Source: Candidatus Thorarchaeota archaeon (lineage in GTDB: Archaea; Asgardarchaeota; Thorarchaeia; Thorarchaeales; Thorarchaeaceae). Taken from it: a stretch of 32,000 nt of DNA. The notes below the pieces were generated by a model. That model was not told the DNA's origin, did no database searches, and was given only the letters and a program-made list of their open reading frames with translations. The stretch spans positions 35,105-67,104 of the forward strand of contig PRDJ01000077.1 of assembly GCA_003345555.1 (NCBI GenBank), in the 5' to 3' direction. Numbering within the stretch: the stretch's first letter is position 1; each line of letters starts with the position of its first letter. The position numbers and the translations under genes are program-made. Positions 10,475 through 19,149 of this stretch are shown here, piece after piece.

Positions 10475-10966
10475 GTGACTCAGATACTGCCCATAGCAAT
10501 CACGATCCTTGAATGTGACAATCGATATCTCTTCATTAGGCGACAGAAAGAGCCGTACGCCGGTTTATGGGGTCTTGTTGGGGGCAAGGTGCATTCAGGG
10601 GAGCATATACGGGCCGCTGCTGTACGAGAGGTTATGGAGGAGACCGGCGCTCCGGAAGTGATGGACTACACTTTCAAAGGCACGATTTCGGAGCGTCTGG
10701 TCGGACCGACTGGTGAGCTGTTGTCGCATTTCCTTATTTTCGTGAGTCGAGCTAGGATTGACGAATATCAGCCCCACCATCGGGAAGGCGATCTTTCGCT
10801 GTTTGGGAAAGATGATATCGAATCAGAGCGTTATAGGTTTCTGCCTTCGGACCGCCGGATGTTCGAATGTTTTGAGGTCCAATGCTCATCGGCTGGAGTC
10901 TATGAGGTTGAGATGGTTCAAGAGAATGGGTATAGGCTGAGCTACTACAGGAAGTCTGAAACGTGA
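10475..10966 (+). CDS. NUDIX hydrolase
   Basis: Nudix box GGKVHSGEHIRAAAVREVMEETG. Confidence 0.93.
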   Translation: MTQILPIAITILECDNRYLFIRRQKEPYAGLWGLVGGKVHSGEHIRAAAVREVMEETGAPEVMDYTFKGTISERLVGPTGELLSHFLIFVSRARIDEYQPHHREGDLSLFGKDDIESERYRFLPSDRRMFECFEVQCSSAGVYEVEMVQENGYRLSYYRKSET

Positions 10967-11940
10967 TTGTCGGCGATATTGAGGTAGAGCCACTTGCAGC
11001 CGAGAGCATGGGACTGAGATCGATGTGCACGAAAGTGACGACCCCAGACTTGACCATAATCCTCGATCCATCAGCGGCATTGTCTGCAAGGTATGGTCTC
11101 GAGCCGCATCCTCAGGAGTACAGGCAACTTGAGCAATCGCTTCAGACCATCTTTGTTGCAGCGAGAAGTGCTGATGCCATTTCCATCAGTCATTACCACT
11201 ATGATCATGTCCGGCCAGGCTTCACCAACTACCGGTACAATTTCAGCTCACACGAGGAACTGCAACGCATGTTCGAGGGCAAGATGGTACTGGCAAAGGA
11301 CAATCGCGAGAATATCAATGCGTCCCAAAGACGTCGGGGTTTCTATTTTGAACGAGACATAAGGGAGGTCACTAAAGATATCAGATGGGCTGACGGTCAA
11401 AGCTATACCTTTGGGACCACGACAGTCAACTACTCTCCTCCTTTGCCGCACGGACCGAATGCCTCAGAACTGGGTTTCGTTCTCGCAACTGCCGTTTCCT
11501 GCCAAGGCAAACGGTTGCTCTTCGTCCCGGATGTGCAAGGTCCCGTGGACCGCGACTCACTGTCTTATTGCCTGTCTTTGACACCAGATGTAGCTATAGT
11601 AGGTGGGCCGCCCATATACTTGGGTCAATTCCGAGAATCGCATCGTCAGACCGCTCTCTACTCTCTTGTCAGATTGGCTTCCACGGTTCCGGTCTTGGCA
11701 ATTGATCACCATCTGATACGATCCCCCGACTGGGAGACGTGGATTGCCCCTGTGAAAGAGGCAGCAGCACAAGCTGGCAACCGGGTGATGACAATGGCTG
11801 AGCTGGCGGGAACAGATACAAACTGCTTGGAAGCACATAGAAAGGAACTCTACTCAGATCTTCCGCCCAGCGAGCAGTTCGTGCATTGGACCGAATCAGA
11901 CGATGAGTATAAGGAGCAGAACCGTCCTCCTATCGACTAG
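10963..11940 (+). CDS. Metallo-beta-lactamase-fold hydrolase, UPF0282 family
   Basis: LAAESMGLRSMCT, DPSAAL, ISHYHYDH, DVQGP, IDHHLIR; overlaps the NUDIX stop (GTGA). Confidence 0.9.
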   Translation: MIVGDIEVEPLAAESMGLRSMCTKVTTPDLTIILDPSAALSARYGLEPHPQEYRQLEQSLQTIFVAARSADAISISHYHYDHVRPGFTNYRYNFSSHEELQRMFEGKMVLAKDNRENINASQRRRGFYFERDIREVTKDIRWADGQSYTFGTTTVNYSPPLPHGPNASELGFVLATAVSCQGKRLLFVPDVQGPVDRDSLSYCLSLTPDVAIVGGPPIYLGQFRESHRQTALYSLVRLASTVPVLAIDHHLIRSPDWETWIAPVKEAAAQAGNRVMTMAELAGTDTNCLEAHRKELYSDLPPSEQFVHWTESDDEYKEQNRPPID

Positions 11941-12051
11941 GGCGCGGGCATTTCCCATCTGGACGCTTGTTCCTGATTGTGGGCGAGCCGAGCAATGTTC
12001 AAGAGTCTTTCACACTTCAAAAAGCCACTCTCATCACAGGTTTGAACGTAA

Positions 12052-12657
12052 TTGGTCGACAATATGACAAATGGTGAAAGCGTGACTGGCGACGAAGAAC
12101 CTTTGGTTTCCGAAAGCGAGGGTGAGTCCACAAGGTCGATTCTTGAAAGGTACCAGAGATCGACCAAGGAGGCTGACCTGTCACTCTATAGTGGGGAGTA
12201 CCAGCAGGCGATGGCCCACTACTATGATGCCAGTCAGTCAGCCGATGACATGTGTGAGCGATTCCTGGCACTATTAATCAAGACATCGGCAAGTGCTGCT
12301 CAGAAGACGCTGTTAGTGGAGGTCTTGAGCTGGCGTCTCCGTTATTACACTTCACAATATGACTATCACTTGGCTGTGGCCCAGACTCTCGCTGGTCTTC
12401 CTCGTGAGGAGTGGCTTGCGCGGCTTGAAACAATCCTCGTTCTCTCGCAGACTCTTGTTACGAAGCTCACACCCATCCTCAAGTCGACCAAAGACTTGGG
12501 CATCAGAAGCAGGATTGAGAGCGTATTGGGTGATTGGGTCTTGGGCATTCGGAATCTGGTCTCTAACTTGAGGAGTTGGGGAATGGCTAGCGCTCAGGCC
12601 TCAAGAGTTCTTGAATGGGCTCTCGACAACGACCTTGATTTTCACACTCGTGATTAG
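12052..12657 (+). CDS. Hypothetical all-alpha protein
   Basis: 201-aa ORF with amphipathic-helix composition that fills the space between real genes; no family recognised. Confidence 0.75.
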   Translation: MVDNMTNGESVTGDEEPLVSESEGESTRSILERYQRSTKEADLSLYSGEYQQAMAHYYDASQSADDMCERFLALLIKTSASAAQKTLLVEVLSWRLRYYTSQYDYHLAVAQTLAGLPREEWLARLETILVLSQTLVTKLTPILKSTKDLGIRSRIESVLGDWVLGIRNLVSNLRSWGMASAQASRVLEWALDNDLDFHTRD

Positions 12658-12704
12658 TAGCTGAACGGCAACCTACGTCCTCTCGGAAGCGTGATGCATA
12701 GAGC

Positions 12705-12920
12705 TTACTCTTTTGCTTTGGCTTCAATGAATGCCGAAGCAATCTCAGTATCCGCGACTTGGTAATGACTGTCGACATAACAGACAACGTAATGGTCCTC
12801 ATGTTTTATGATGACGGGGGTCGGGAATCGCTTGACATTCTTTAGGACCTTCTCCGGAACCTTCCAATAGACTGTCTCTTTGCAGATTGGGCATTGCAGC
12901 CACTTGAGCCCGTCAGTCAT
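12705..12920 (-). CDS. Small putative Zn-binding protein (CxxC ... HxxH)
   Basis: MTDGLKWLQCPICKE...RFPTPVIIKHEDHYVVCYVD. ATG 12920 is preferred over 12962. Confidence 0.7.
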   Translation of the reverse strand: MTDGLKWLQCPICKETVYWKVPEKVLKNVKRFPTPVIIKHEDHYVVCYVDSHYQVADTEIASAFIEAKAKE

Positions 12921-13052
12921 TGATACCACCAGTAGTCCACAGAGCCGAGTCAACGGCATCAAACAACAATCGGACTAAAAACGTTTCCCGTCAATTAGTC
13001 CGGCCCAGCTAGGCGGTCTTCAACAATAGGTAAGCCTGACCCACGGGCAGCA

Positions 13053-13883
13053 TTACTCATCTAGGTCGGCGTCCCATGCTCCTGGGTCCTTGAGGTCTCT
13101 GCTAAGTATGGGTCCTTTCCTGAGCGTCAAGCTTTCTGGGTCATACCTGCTTGCGTCTATGACGACTTCCTCCGTTTCCTCATCAAATGAAGCGGGTATA
13201 AGCCCCTCATCTATGCCCTTCTTGACTAATTCTCTCAGTCTGGTTTGATCTAGTCCAGTGCTCACTGCTAGACTGGCGATGGTGATTGCCGCCTCCGACT
13301 CGAGTGATGCACGCACGAACTCCGATAGGATGAGGAAGAAGTCTCTTTTGACCTTGCTGAGCTCGTCCTGCTCTAGGAGACCTGCAAGTACAGACTCAAT
13401 GTAGGTGTCTGCTTTGCCAAAGTCATACTCGCTAAGCATTAGTGCGAGATCAACAAGCTCCTTTCCCTTTCCTCTGGTTGTCTCTAATGCTCCATGGATA
13501 AGTTTCCTAGCCATGTCGAGATTTCCTCCGAGGATGGAGGAGAACGCGGCGTCCACGAGAGGCAGTGGGTCCTTTTCTTCATCGGCTGCTGCCATGTATG
13601 CATCGGATGCGATTTGGCAGTCAAGTCCGTACTTGTCATGTTCACCCTGTCTTGCCCATGCCCAAGCCGCTTTCATTATGGTTTCGGCTGCCGCCTTGTA
13701 TTGATGGCACAACATGCCATGTTCATATGCCCTTTCATAGCACATCGCGGTCTTGGAGAATGATTCCCATCTGCTCCAGCATTCGGCCGCCTGTAGGAAT
13801 CCGTACATGGCCTCTTCGTTCAACCCATTCTCGGCCATTGCCTCAGCCAAGCTTTCGGACTCTTGGCATTCTTTGCTGGGCAT
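13053..13883 (-). CDS. Helical-repeat (alpha-SNAP/TPR-like) protein with C-terminal PCI-like winged helix
   Basis: Aa ~20-105 have A-x-x-Y/F-x-x-A-A periodicity; aa ~199-243 ITIASLAVSTGL..LRELVKKGIDEGLIPASFDEETEEVVI fit the PCI winged-helix pattern. Confidence 0.7.
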   Translation of the reverse strand: MPSKECQESESLAEAMAENGLNEEAMYGFLQAAECWSRWESFSKTAMCYERAYEHGMLCHQYKAAAETIMKAAWAWARQGEHDKYGLDCQIASDAYMAAADEEKDPLPLVDAAFSSILGGNLDMARKLIHGALETTRGKGKELVDLALMLSEYDFGKADTYIESVLAGLLEQDELSKVKRDFFLILSEFVRASLESEAAITIASLAVSTGLDQTRLRELVKKGIDEGLIPASFDEETEEVVIDASRYDPESLTLRKGPILSRDLKDPGAWDADLDE

Positions 13884-13968
13884 TTCCGCTCAATCTCCGG
13901 GAACAGCCGGGTCATCTGCTTCATCCCGGGGAACTAGGCAGCTCGAGGTCGCCCGCGACCGCGGCTGG

Positions 13969-14670
13969 TCATTCCTGACGGCTCTTACTTTCCCCGACGA
14001 TGGCTCCGTCTTTCATTCGCAGAATGCGTTTGGCATACTTCACTAGTTCCTCATTGTGAGTCACAAGCACGACTGTCATTTTCCTATCCTTGTTCAGGCT
14101 TGCGATGATCTTCATGACAGTCTCGCCTGTCTTGGAGTCGAGGTTGCCTGTAGGTTCGTCGCAGAAGAGGATTGGAGGATTGTTCACGAGCGCCCTTGCT
14201 ATGGCGACTCTCTGTTGTTCTCCACCGCTCATCTGCCTTGGGAAATGGTCCTTCCTTTCAAGCATGTCGACCTCACGTAGGACCTCGAGCGCCATCGCTT
14301 CCTCCTTTTCCTTCTTTAGCTCAAGACTGGGCCAGAGCACTGCCTCGATATTCTCGAATGCGGTTAGGTCTTCTATGAGCAAGAACGCCTGAAAGACAAA
14401 ACCAATCTTCTGGGCTCGTACTTTAGGCATGTCTCGCTCACTGATGAGTGTCACATCGACTCCGTCGAGGAGTATCCTTCCAGAGGTCGGTGCTTCAAGT
14501 CCTGCCATGACATGAAGAAGCGTCGACTTGCCGCAACCGGATGGGCCCACTACGGCGACGAACTCTCCGGGCATTATCTCTATGTTGATGTCTTTCAGTG
14601 CGGCGACTGTCTTCTTTCCCCTGCCGTACTCTTTGTTGACACCCTGAACTTGGATTATTGGGTTCGCCAT
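13969..14670 (-). CDS. ABC transporter ATP-binding protein, LolD/MacB/FtsE family
   Basis: [35 protein letters not shown]. True start is ATG 14670 (MANPII) after GGAGG and the permease stop. Confidence 0.95.
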   Translation of the reverse strand: MANPIIQVQGVNKEYGRGKKTVAALKDINIEIMPGEFVAVVGPSGCGKSTLLHVMAGLEAPTSGRILLDGVDVTLISERDMPKVRAQKIGFVFQAFLLIEDLTAFENIEAVLWPSLELKKEKEEAMALEVLREVDMLERKDHFPRQMSGGEQQRVAIARALVNNPPILFCDEPTGNLDSKTGETVMKIIASLNKDRKMTVVLVTHNEELVKYAKRILRMKDGAIVGESKSRQE

Positions 14671-14672
14671 CT

Positions 14673-15197
14673 CTATTCCTCCCTTATCGCCATCATTGGC
14701 GGAATGTGGTTTGCTCTGAATTGCGCTAGTATTAGTCCAGGTATCTGAAGAACTACTATGAGGAACAGGGTGATGAACATGGGTCCGGCGCTGATTGTTA
14801 TGTAATTCGTAAGCCATGTGACCAGCGGCGTGCTCGTGGTACCGACGAAATACTGTGTCACGCCTAGGACCTCAACAGTCAGCTGGAACACGACAAGGAA
14901 TGCAGAGATCGAGACAACCACGACCTCGCCAATAAGGAGCAACATGACGTCCGGATTGCTCCAAGAGACGCATTTCAGGATTGCAATGTCTCTTCTTCTA
15001 AACTGACTAATCAGAATTGCGTACACCGTTGCCACCGAGAAGGCCACTATAGGCCAGAGCCACCAATCCGGACCCGGTGCCTCCAGGCCCTTGCCAACCA
15101 TTATGTACAGTACGGCGTATATTATGATGAACGCAAATATGCGTCGGCGTGACCGAAACGCGAATCTCATACTCTTGAAGAAGATCCTAAGGTTCAA
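14673..15197 (-). CDS. Minimal FtsX-like permease (no extracytoplasmic domain)
   Basis: Four hydrophobic segments, RRRDIAILKCVSWS motif and a C-terminal PPMMAIRE typical of FtsX-type permeases; TTG start after AGGAG. Confidence 0.85.
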   Translation of the reverse strand: MNLRIFFKSMRFAFRSRRRIFAFIIIYAVLYIMVGKGLEAPGPDWWLWPIVAFSVATVYAILISQFRRRDIAILKCVSWSNPDVMLLLIGEVVVVSISAFLVVFQLTVEVLGVTQYFVGTTSTPLVTWLTNYITISAGPMFITLFLIVVLQIPGLILAQFRANHIPPMMAIREE

Positions 15198-15356
15198 GCT
15201 TCTCTTGCTCCTACGGACTATCGGATGGTTGGCTGATGCACGTTTGAATCCTTAAAGTGTCTTCCGCGTATCTAGACACGGACTCTCCGGTCTGTAAGAA
15301 TATATGTCCTTATCGCGGAATCGTTCGTCTTACGATTTGTCCGATCTGCGCATTGG

Positions 15357-15542
15357 CTATCCTTCGGCTCTTGCATCAGATTGCTTTGAGACGGGCACAC
15401 CATCAATCCAGAGTTCCTTCATGAGCAGGTCTCTTATCGCGACTCTAATCGCTTCACTCCGTGATGGGTACATCCCGCGTTCGACGAGCTTATCGAGTGC
15501 GCTCACGTATATGTCGCTCATTTTGACGGTGACGAGCTGCAA
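15357..15542 (-). CDS. Ribbon-helix-helix (CopG/CdrS-like) regulator
   Basis: MQLVTVKM...LVERGMYPSRSEAIRVAIRDLL; TTG start preceded by GGAGG. Confidence 0.9.
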   Translation of the reverse strand: MQLVTVKMSDIYVSALDKLVERGMYPSRSEAIRVAIRDLLMKELWIDGVPVSKQSDARAEG

Positions 15543-15822
15543 TTTCGTTTCCTCCCGGCTAGCGCTACCCGCCAGCTAAGTCGAATATAACACCTTCTGA
15601 TGTCGAAGACTGGGCACCGGACCATGCTTTGTTCATTGAATGGACAGTCAAATCCACACATCCTCGGGACTGGCAGATTGAAGAAAAGCTGAGGTCCCAT
15701 CCTAGAAAGTCTAAATAGCGTAGGATGGAATCTCTTCGTGGTCCCCGTATTGCCCGGAGAACAAGCATAGGGGACCAGGCAAAGGCAAGAAAGCAGGGAC
15801 CGTTACGTCACAAGCGAAGACG

Positions 15823-16365
15823 ATGGTGTCAGTGTCTACGAACTTCGACTTCATGAGGAAAGTCGTTATGATTGGCGCGGGCGGAAGTGGGAAGACCGCA
15901 CTCGTCAATCGCTTTCTCACTCAGAAGTTCTCGGAGCAGTACATTGTAACCATAGGGTCCCAGTTTGCAGTCAAGACAGTCACTGTGGAGAATTTCAACG
16001 GGCACAGCGTGATTGTAAAGCTCCTTGTTTGGGATTTGGCGGGTCAAGAGCGTTTCGATTTCATTCGCAGTAGTTACTACAAAGGATCCAAAGGAGCGCT
16101 ATTGGTTTACGATACGACTCGAAGGAACACTTGGGCTGAGTTGCCCAAATGGATTGAAGAGACTGACAACGCGCTCGGACAGCGAATACCGATTATACTC
16201 CTTGCAAACAAGGTTGACTTGGCGAACGAGCGCGTCATTACTCCTGAGATGGGAAAAGCATTCGTCCAAGAGCACGGTCTTGTTGGTTATCTGGAAACGA
16301 GTGCACTTAACGGACAAAACGTAGAAGAAGCATTTACGCTCCTAGCGAGGTCAAGCATTTCCTAG
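15823..16365 (+). CDS. Rab-like small GTPase
   Basis: G1 GAGGSGKT, G2 TIG, G3 WDLAGQERF, G4 NKVD, G5 ETSAL; RabF-like IGSQF, KLLVW, YYKGS and LVYDTT. Confidence 0.95.
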   Translation: MVSVSTNFDFMRKVVMIGAGGSGKTALVNRFLTQKFSEQYIVTIGSQFAVKTVTVENFNGHSVIVKLLVWDLAGQERFDFIRSSYYKGSKGALLVYDTTRRNTWAELPKWIEETDNALGQRIPIILLANKVDLANERVITPEMGKAFVQEHGLVGYLETSALNGQNVEEAFTLLARSSIS

Positions 16366-16465
16366 TACGCATGTTGTTTCTTCTGCATGTGCCCCTACTT
16401 GCTAAGCATGACGTAGACGAAGTCGTTGTGAAGTCCGTGTCAATGAGATGCTGCTCAACTGGTCC

Positions 16466-17563
16466 CTAACGTTCTCTCTTGCCTTCGATGAATTGATCCA
16501 CGCGCTTGCGTCCTTCGAAGTCATCTATCTGGTAGCGAGGGTGCTTGAAGCTGTAGGAACTTATGCTTGAGAGTTCTCCTCCGATTCCCCTGTCCAAGGC
16601 TATCTTGACTGCCCTTGCTACATCGATAATAACGCCAGCACTGTTTGTCGAGTCCTGGACTGAGAGCTTCAGAAAGAGGTCTATTTGCTGGTCACCGAAG
16701 GACTTCGCTCTCATTGTGATATAGCAGACCTTGTTGTTTTCTAGGAATGGAACATAGTCGCTTGGTCCAATCTTGGTCGGCAGCTCATAGTCGACGCAAC
16801 TTGTCACAGCTGCAGTTTTGCTAATCCTTTTTGACTTCAATCTGGCTTCGACTTGCATATTCTCGAAGTCCGTATCTCCGCCTATGTTCAACTGGTATGT
16901 GTTCAGTACAACCAGTCCTCTCTGGTCAAAAAGCTGTGTAAGCACACGATGGAGAATGGTGGCTCCAAGCTGGCTCTTCACGTCGTCCCCAGCACAAGGG
17001 AGTCCCTTTCTCAGAAACTCCTTCTCATGAGGGCTATTCGGATCTGACACAATGAACTCGGGCATCGCATTGATGAACCCTATTCCAGCATCCAACGCGG
17101 CTTGCGCGTACATTCGTGCACCTGCCTCGCTTCCGACTGGAAGGTAGTTGATGAGGAGATCAGCCTTTGCCTTTCTTAGTTCTTCAGTCACATCCACCGG
17201 CTGGATTTCGCTCTCGTCGTAAGTGAAGAACGAATCCCTCATATGGGGTGCCACGCCATCCAAAATGGGACCCGGCATAACCTCAACCCCCGTCCTTGGA
17301 ACATCAGGGGCGAAGATCGGGGCACAGTTAGGCTTCACCCACATTGCCTCAGCAATGTCATGCCCTATCTTGTTCCTGTTGACTTCGAATGCCGCAACGA
17401 ACTTCAGGTCTCTAGGGAAATATCCCCCGAAATCAACATGCATGAGACCTGGAACATCCTCATCGGCTCTTGCGTTGCGATAGTAGTGCACTCCTTGGAT
17501 AAGTGCTGATGCGCAGTTGCCCAGCCCAGCTAGTGCGACACGAATCTCACCCATTATGGTCAT
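16466..17563 (-). CDS. ino1: myo-inositol-1-phosphate synthase
   Basis: AGLGNCASAL, NYLPVGS, GDDVKSQLGAT, QLNIGGDTDF, SKRISKT, DSTNSAG. The start may be ATG 17554. Confidence 0.96.
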   Translation of the reverse strand: MTIMGEIRVALAGLGNCASALIQGVHYYRNARADEDVPGLMHVDFGGYFPRDLKFVAAFEVNRNKIGHDIAEAMWVKPNCAPIFAPDVPRTGVEVMPGPILDGVAPHMRDSFFTYDESEIQPVDVTEELRKAKADLLINYLPVGSEAGARMYAQAALDAGIGFINAMPEFIVSDPNSPHEKEFLRKGLPCAGDDVKSQLGATILHRVLTQLFDQRGLVVLNTYQLNIGGDTDFENMQVEARLKSKRISKTAAVTSCVDYELPTKIGPSDYVPFLENNKVCYITMRAKSFGDQQIDLFLKLSVQDSTNSAGVIIDVARAVKIALDRGIGGELSSISSYSFKHPRYQIDDFEGRKRVDQFIEGKRER

Positions 17564-17618
17564 CTCTACGGAAGTATTCTTTAGCCATAGAATAGTCTCA
17601 TCTTTTAAAACTATCGAG

Positions 17619-18470
17619 CTAGGACAACTCTGCCGTATCGTTTCTCTTGGCTTCGGACTCTACTACCTTGTCTTCTGGGGATGCATCTGAGTAGTCTGAG
17701 AATAGGACCTTTCGAGCTGATGCCATTGTCTTTGGTCCTATGCCCGAGACCGCAATCCACTCGTCCGTCCTACTGATGACCTCGATTGGTGAGCGAAAAT
17801 GCTTGAGGAGGCTTCTTGCCCGCACGACGTTTATTCCCGGGAGGCCGGCGACAAAGAACTCTTGTTCGTTGCTGAGGGTCTCCAGACCTTTCCGTGTCCG
17901 AATCACTGGAAGCCTGCTTGTCTGCTCGTCATGTGTTTCTTCCTTTGCCATCAATAGTCCGTAAAGAAGTCCAGCTGAATGCAGCGAGTTGAAGCCCTCC
18001 AGCAAGTGTATACCTCTTTCACTGATGCTCTCAAGCAGGGCGTCCAATGCCTTGGGATGGATGTAGCTCACTCTCTCCATTGTTACCACGTAGGGTTTGC
18101 CCTTTGTCTGTCTGGTCTTGAATGGAATATAGATGCAGCCTTTCACAGGGTCTCTTCTGATTGCGAGTATGTCCTCAACCAGCAGGTGAGGTCTCTCGTA
18201 CTTCATGAGTCCGTCAAGCTGTCTGTTGAGACGAGGAACTCCAAGATTGCCGCCTCTGAGAGTGTTTACTAAGTCACTTACTGTCTTCCTCTCTATCGCG
18301 ATGCCATCTGATCCGAGCACATCACCAATTGGTATCTCCTGAACAGCATAGAGTATGCCTTCCTTCTGTAGCATTGACATCAGGTGCTTAGTAGCATTCA
18401 TGCCCTTGCCTGTTGTTTCATGGACGTCCACGATAACCTGTGGAACATTTCCGAACACGTCTGTCTGCAT
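17619..18470 (-). CDS. ERCC4/XPF-family structure-specific nuclease, short (helicase-less) form with (HhH)2
   Basis: IVDVHE, IGDV, IERKTVSDL (GD-xn-ERK-x3-D core); C-terminal LPGINVVRARSLL and GIGPKT HhH motifs. Confidence 0.9.
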   Translation of the reverse strand: MQTDVFGNVPQVIVDVHETTGKGMNATKHLMSMLQKEGILYAVQEIPIGDVLGSDGIAIERKTVSDLVNTLRGGNLGVPRLNRQLDGLMKYERPHLLVEDILAIRRDPVKGCIYIPFKTRQTKGKPYVVTMERVSYIHPKALDALLESISERGIHLLEGFNSLHSAGLLYGLLMAKEETHDEQTSRLPVIRTRKGLETLSNEQEFFVAGLPGINVVRARSLLKHFRSPIEVISRTDEWIAVSGIGPKTMASARKVLFSDYSDASPEDKVVESEAKRNDTAELS

Positions 18471-18472
18471 GG

Positions 18473-19111
18473 CTATTCCACTTCGAAGAGGGTAATGACG
18501 GCTGCCATCGAGACTTCTCTGGCTAGGTTGGAGTCTACGGCTGATCCGATGACGATTGCATCGCCATCTTCGGGCTTCACGCTATCTATCACTAGCGCAA
18601 CCTCATCTCCATACTCGGAGAGTATGTCGAAGTTGCCCGGAGGCATTGTCAACACGCCTTCTCTGTACTTGAGGGTCGTGGCACCTGCTTTGCCATAGCC
18701 TCCTTGGATGATTGCCTCATCTCTTTGTCTGATCCCGTCGCTTACGTTCTGTGCTCTGTCCTTCACGATATTCGCGTATGCATAGTCATACATGACGAGT
18801 CTCGGAACATCTAGAAACAAGCCCAAAGGAATGTCTCGTGTAATCTGGTCGAAGAGCGCGAGTCCTTTGCGCGTTAGCTTCTGACCTTGCTTCCCATCCG
18901 CGGTTGTGTATTCAGCTACTGTCAGCCTCTTGAGAAGAGTCCTTGCGCTGCCTTCACCGATTGACAGGTTATCACACAGTTCGTAGCGGCCCAAAGGCTG
19001 CTGTCTGCCAATCATGATCACTGCAACAGCTGCGTGGTGCGCCTTGAAGGCGTGCGGGACGCGCCCATCAGCGGGTTCAGCAAGCCGAATGAGTTCTTTT
19101 TTCCAGCTCAA
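18473..19111 (-). CDS. Winged-helix protein, DUF4443-like
   Basis: PLGRYELCDNLSIGEGSARTLLKRL wHTH; GIRQRDEAI..G..GATTL conserved block. Confidence 0.8.
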   Translation of the reverse strand: MSWKKELIRLAEPADGRVPHAFKAHHAAVAVIMIGRQQPLGRYELCDNLSIGEGSARTLLKRLTVAEYTTADGKQGQKLTRKGLALFDQITRDIPLGLFLDVPRLVMYDYAYANIVKDRAQNVSDGIRQRDEAIIQGGYGKAGATTLKYREGVLTMPPGNFDILSEYGDEVALVIDSVKPEDGDAIVIGSAVDSNLAREVSMAAVITLFEVE

Positions 19112-19149
19112 TCCAACATACTCTCCAGTGTCTAGACTATAGTTCTCTT

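Noticed and set aside
12971-13002. Inverted repeat CGGACTAA-N16-TTAGTCCG
   Set aside because: Real in the sequence, but isolated and with a long spacer; it cannot be distinguished from a simple terminator or chance, and no regulator is linked.
13969-14817. N-terminal extensions in the ORF track (ABC ATPase from 14817, SSB from 27025, EamA from 27995)
   Set aside because: The extensions overlap upstream genes or lack family similarity; downstream starts fit the homology and ribosome-binding sites.
15518-15768. Cys-rich small ORFs (MCGFDCPF...RCPVF...RC) between the RHH and Rab-like genes
   Set aside because: One overlaps the RHH start and its ribosome-binding site in another frame; no recognisable motif; the region must also hold two divergent promoters.
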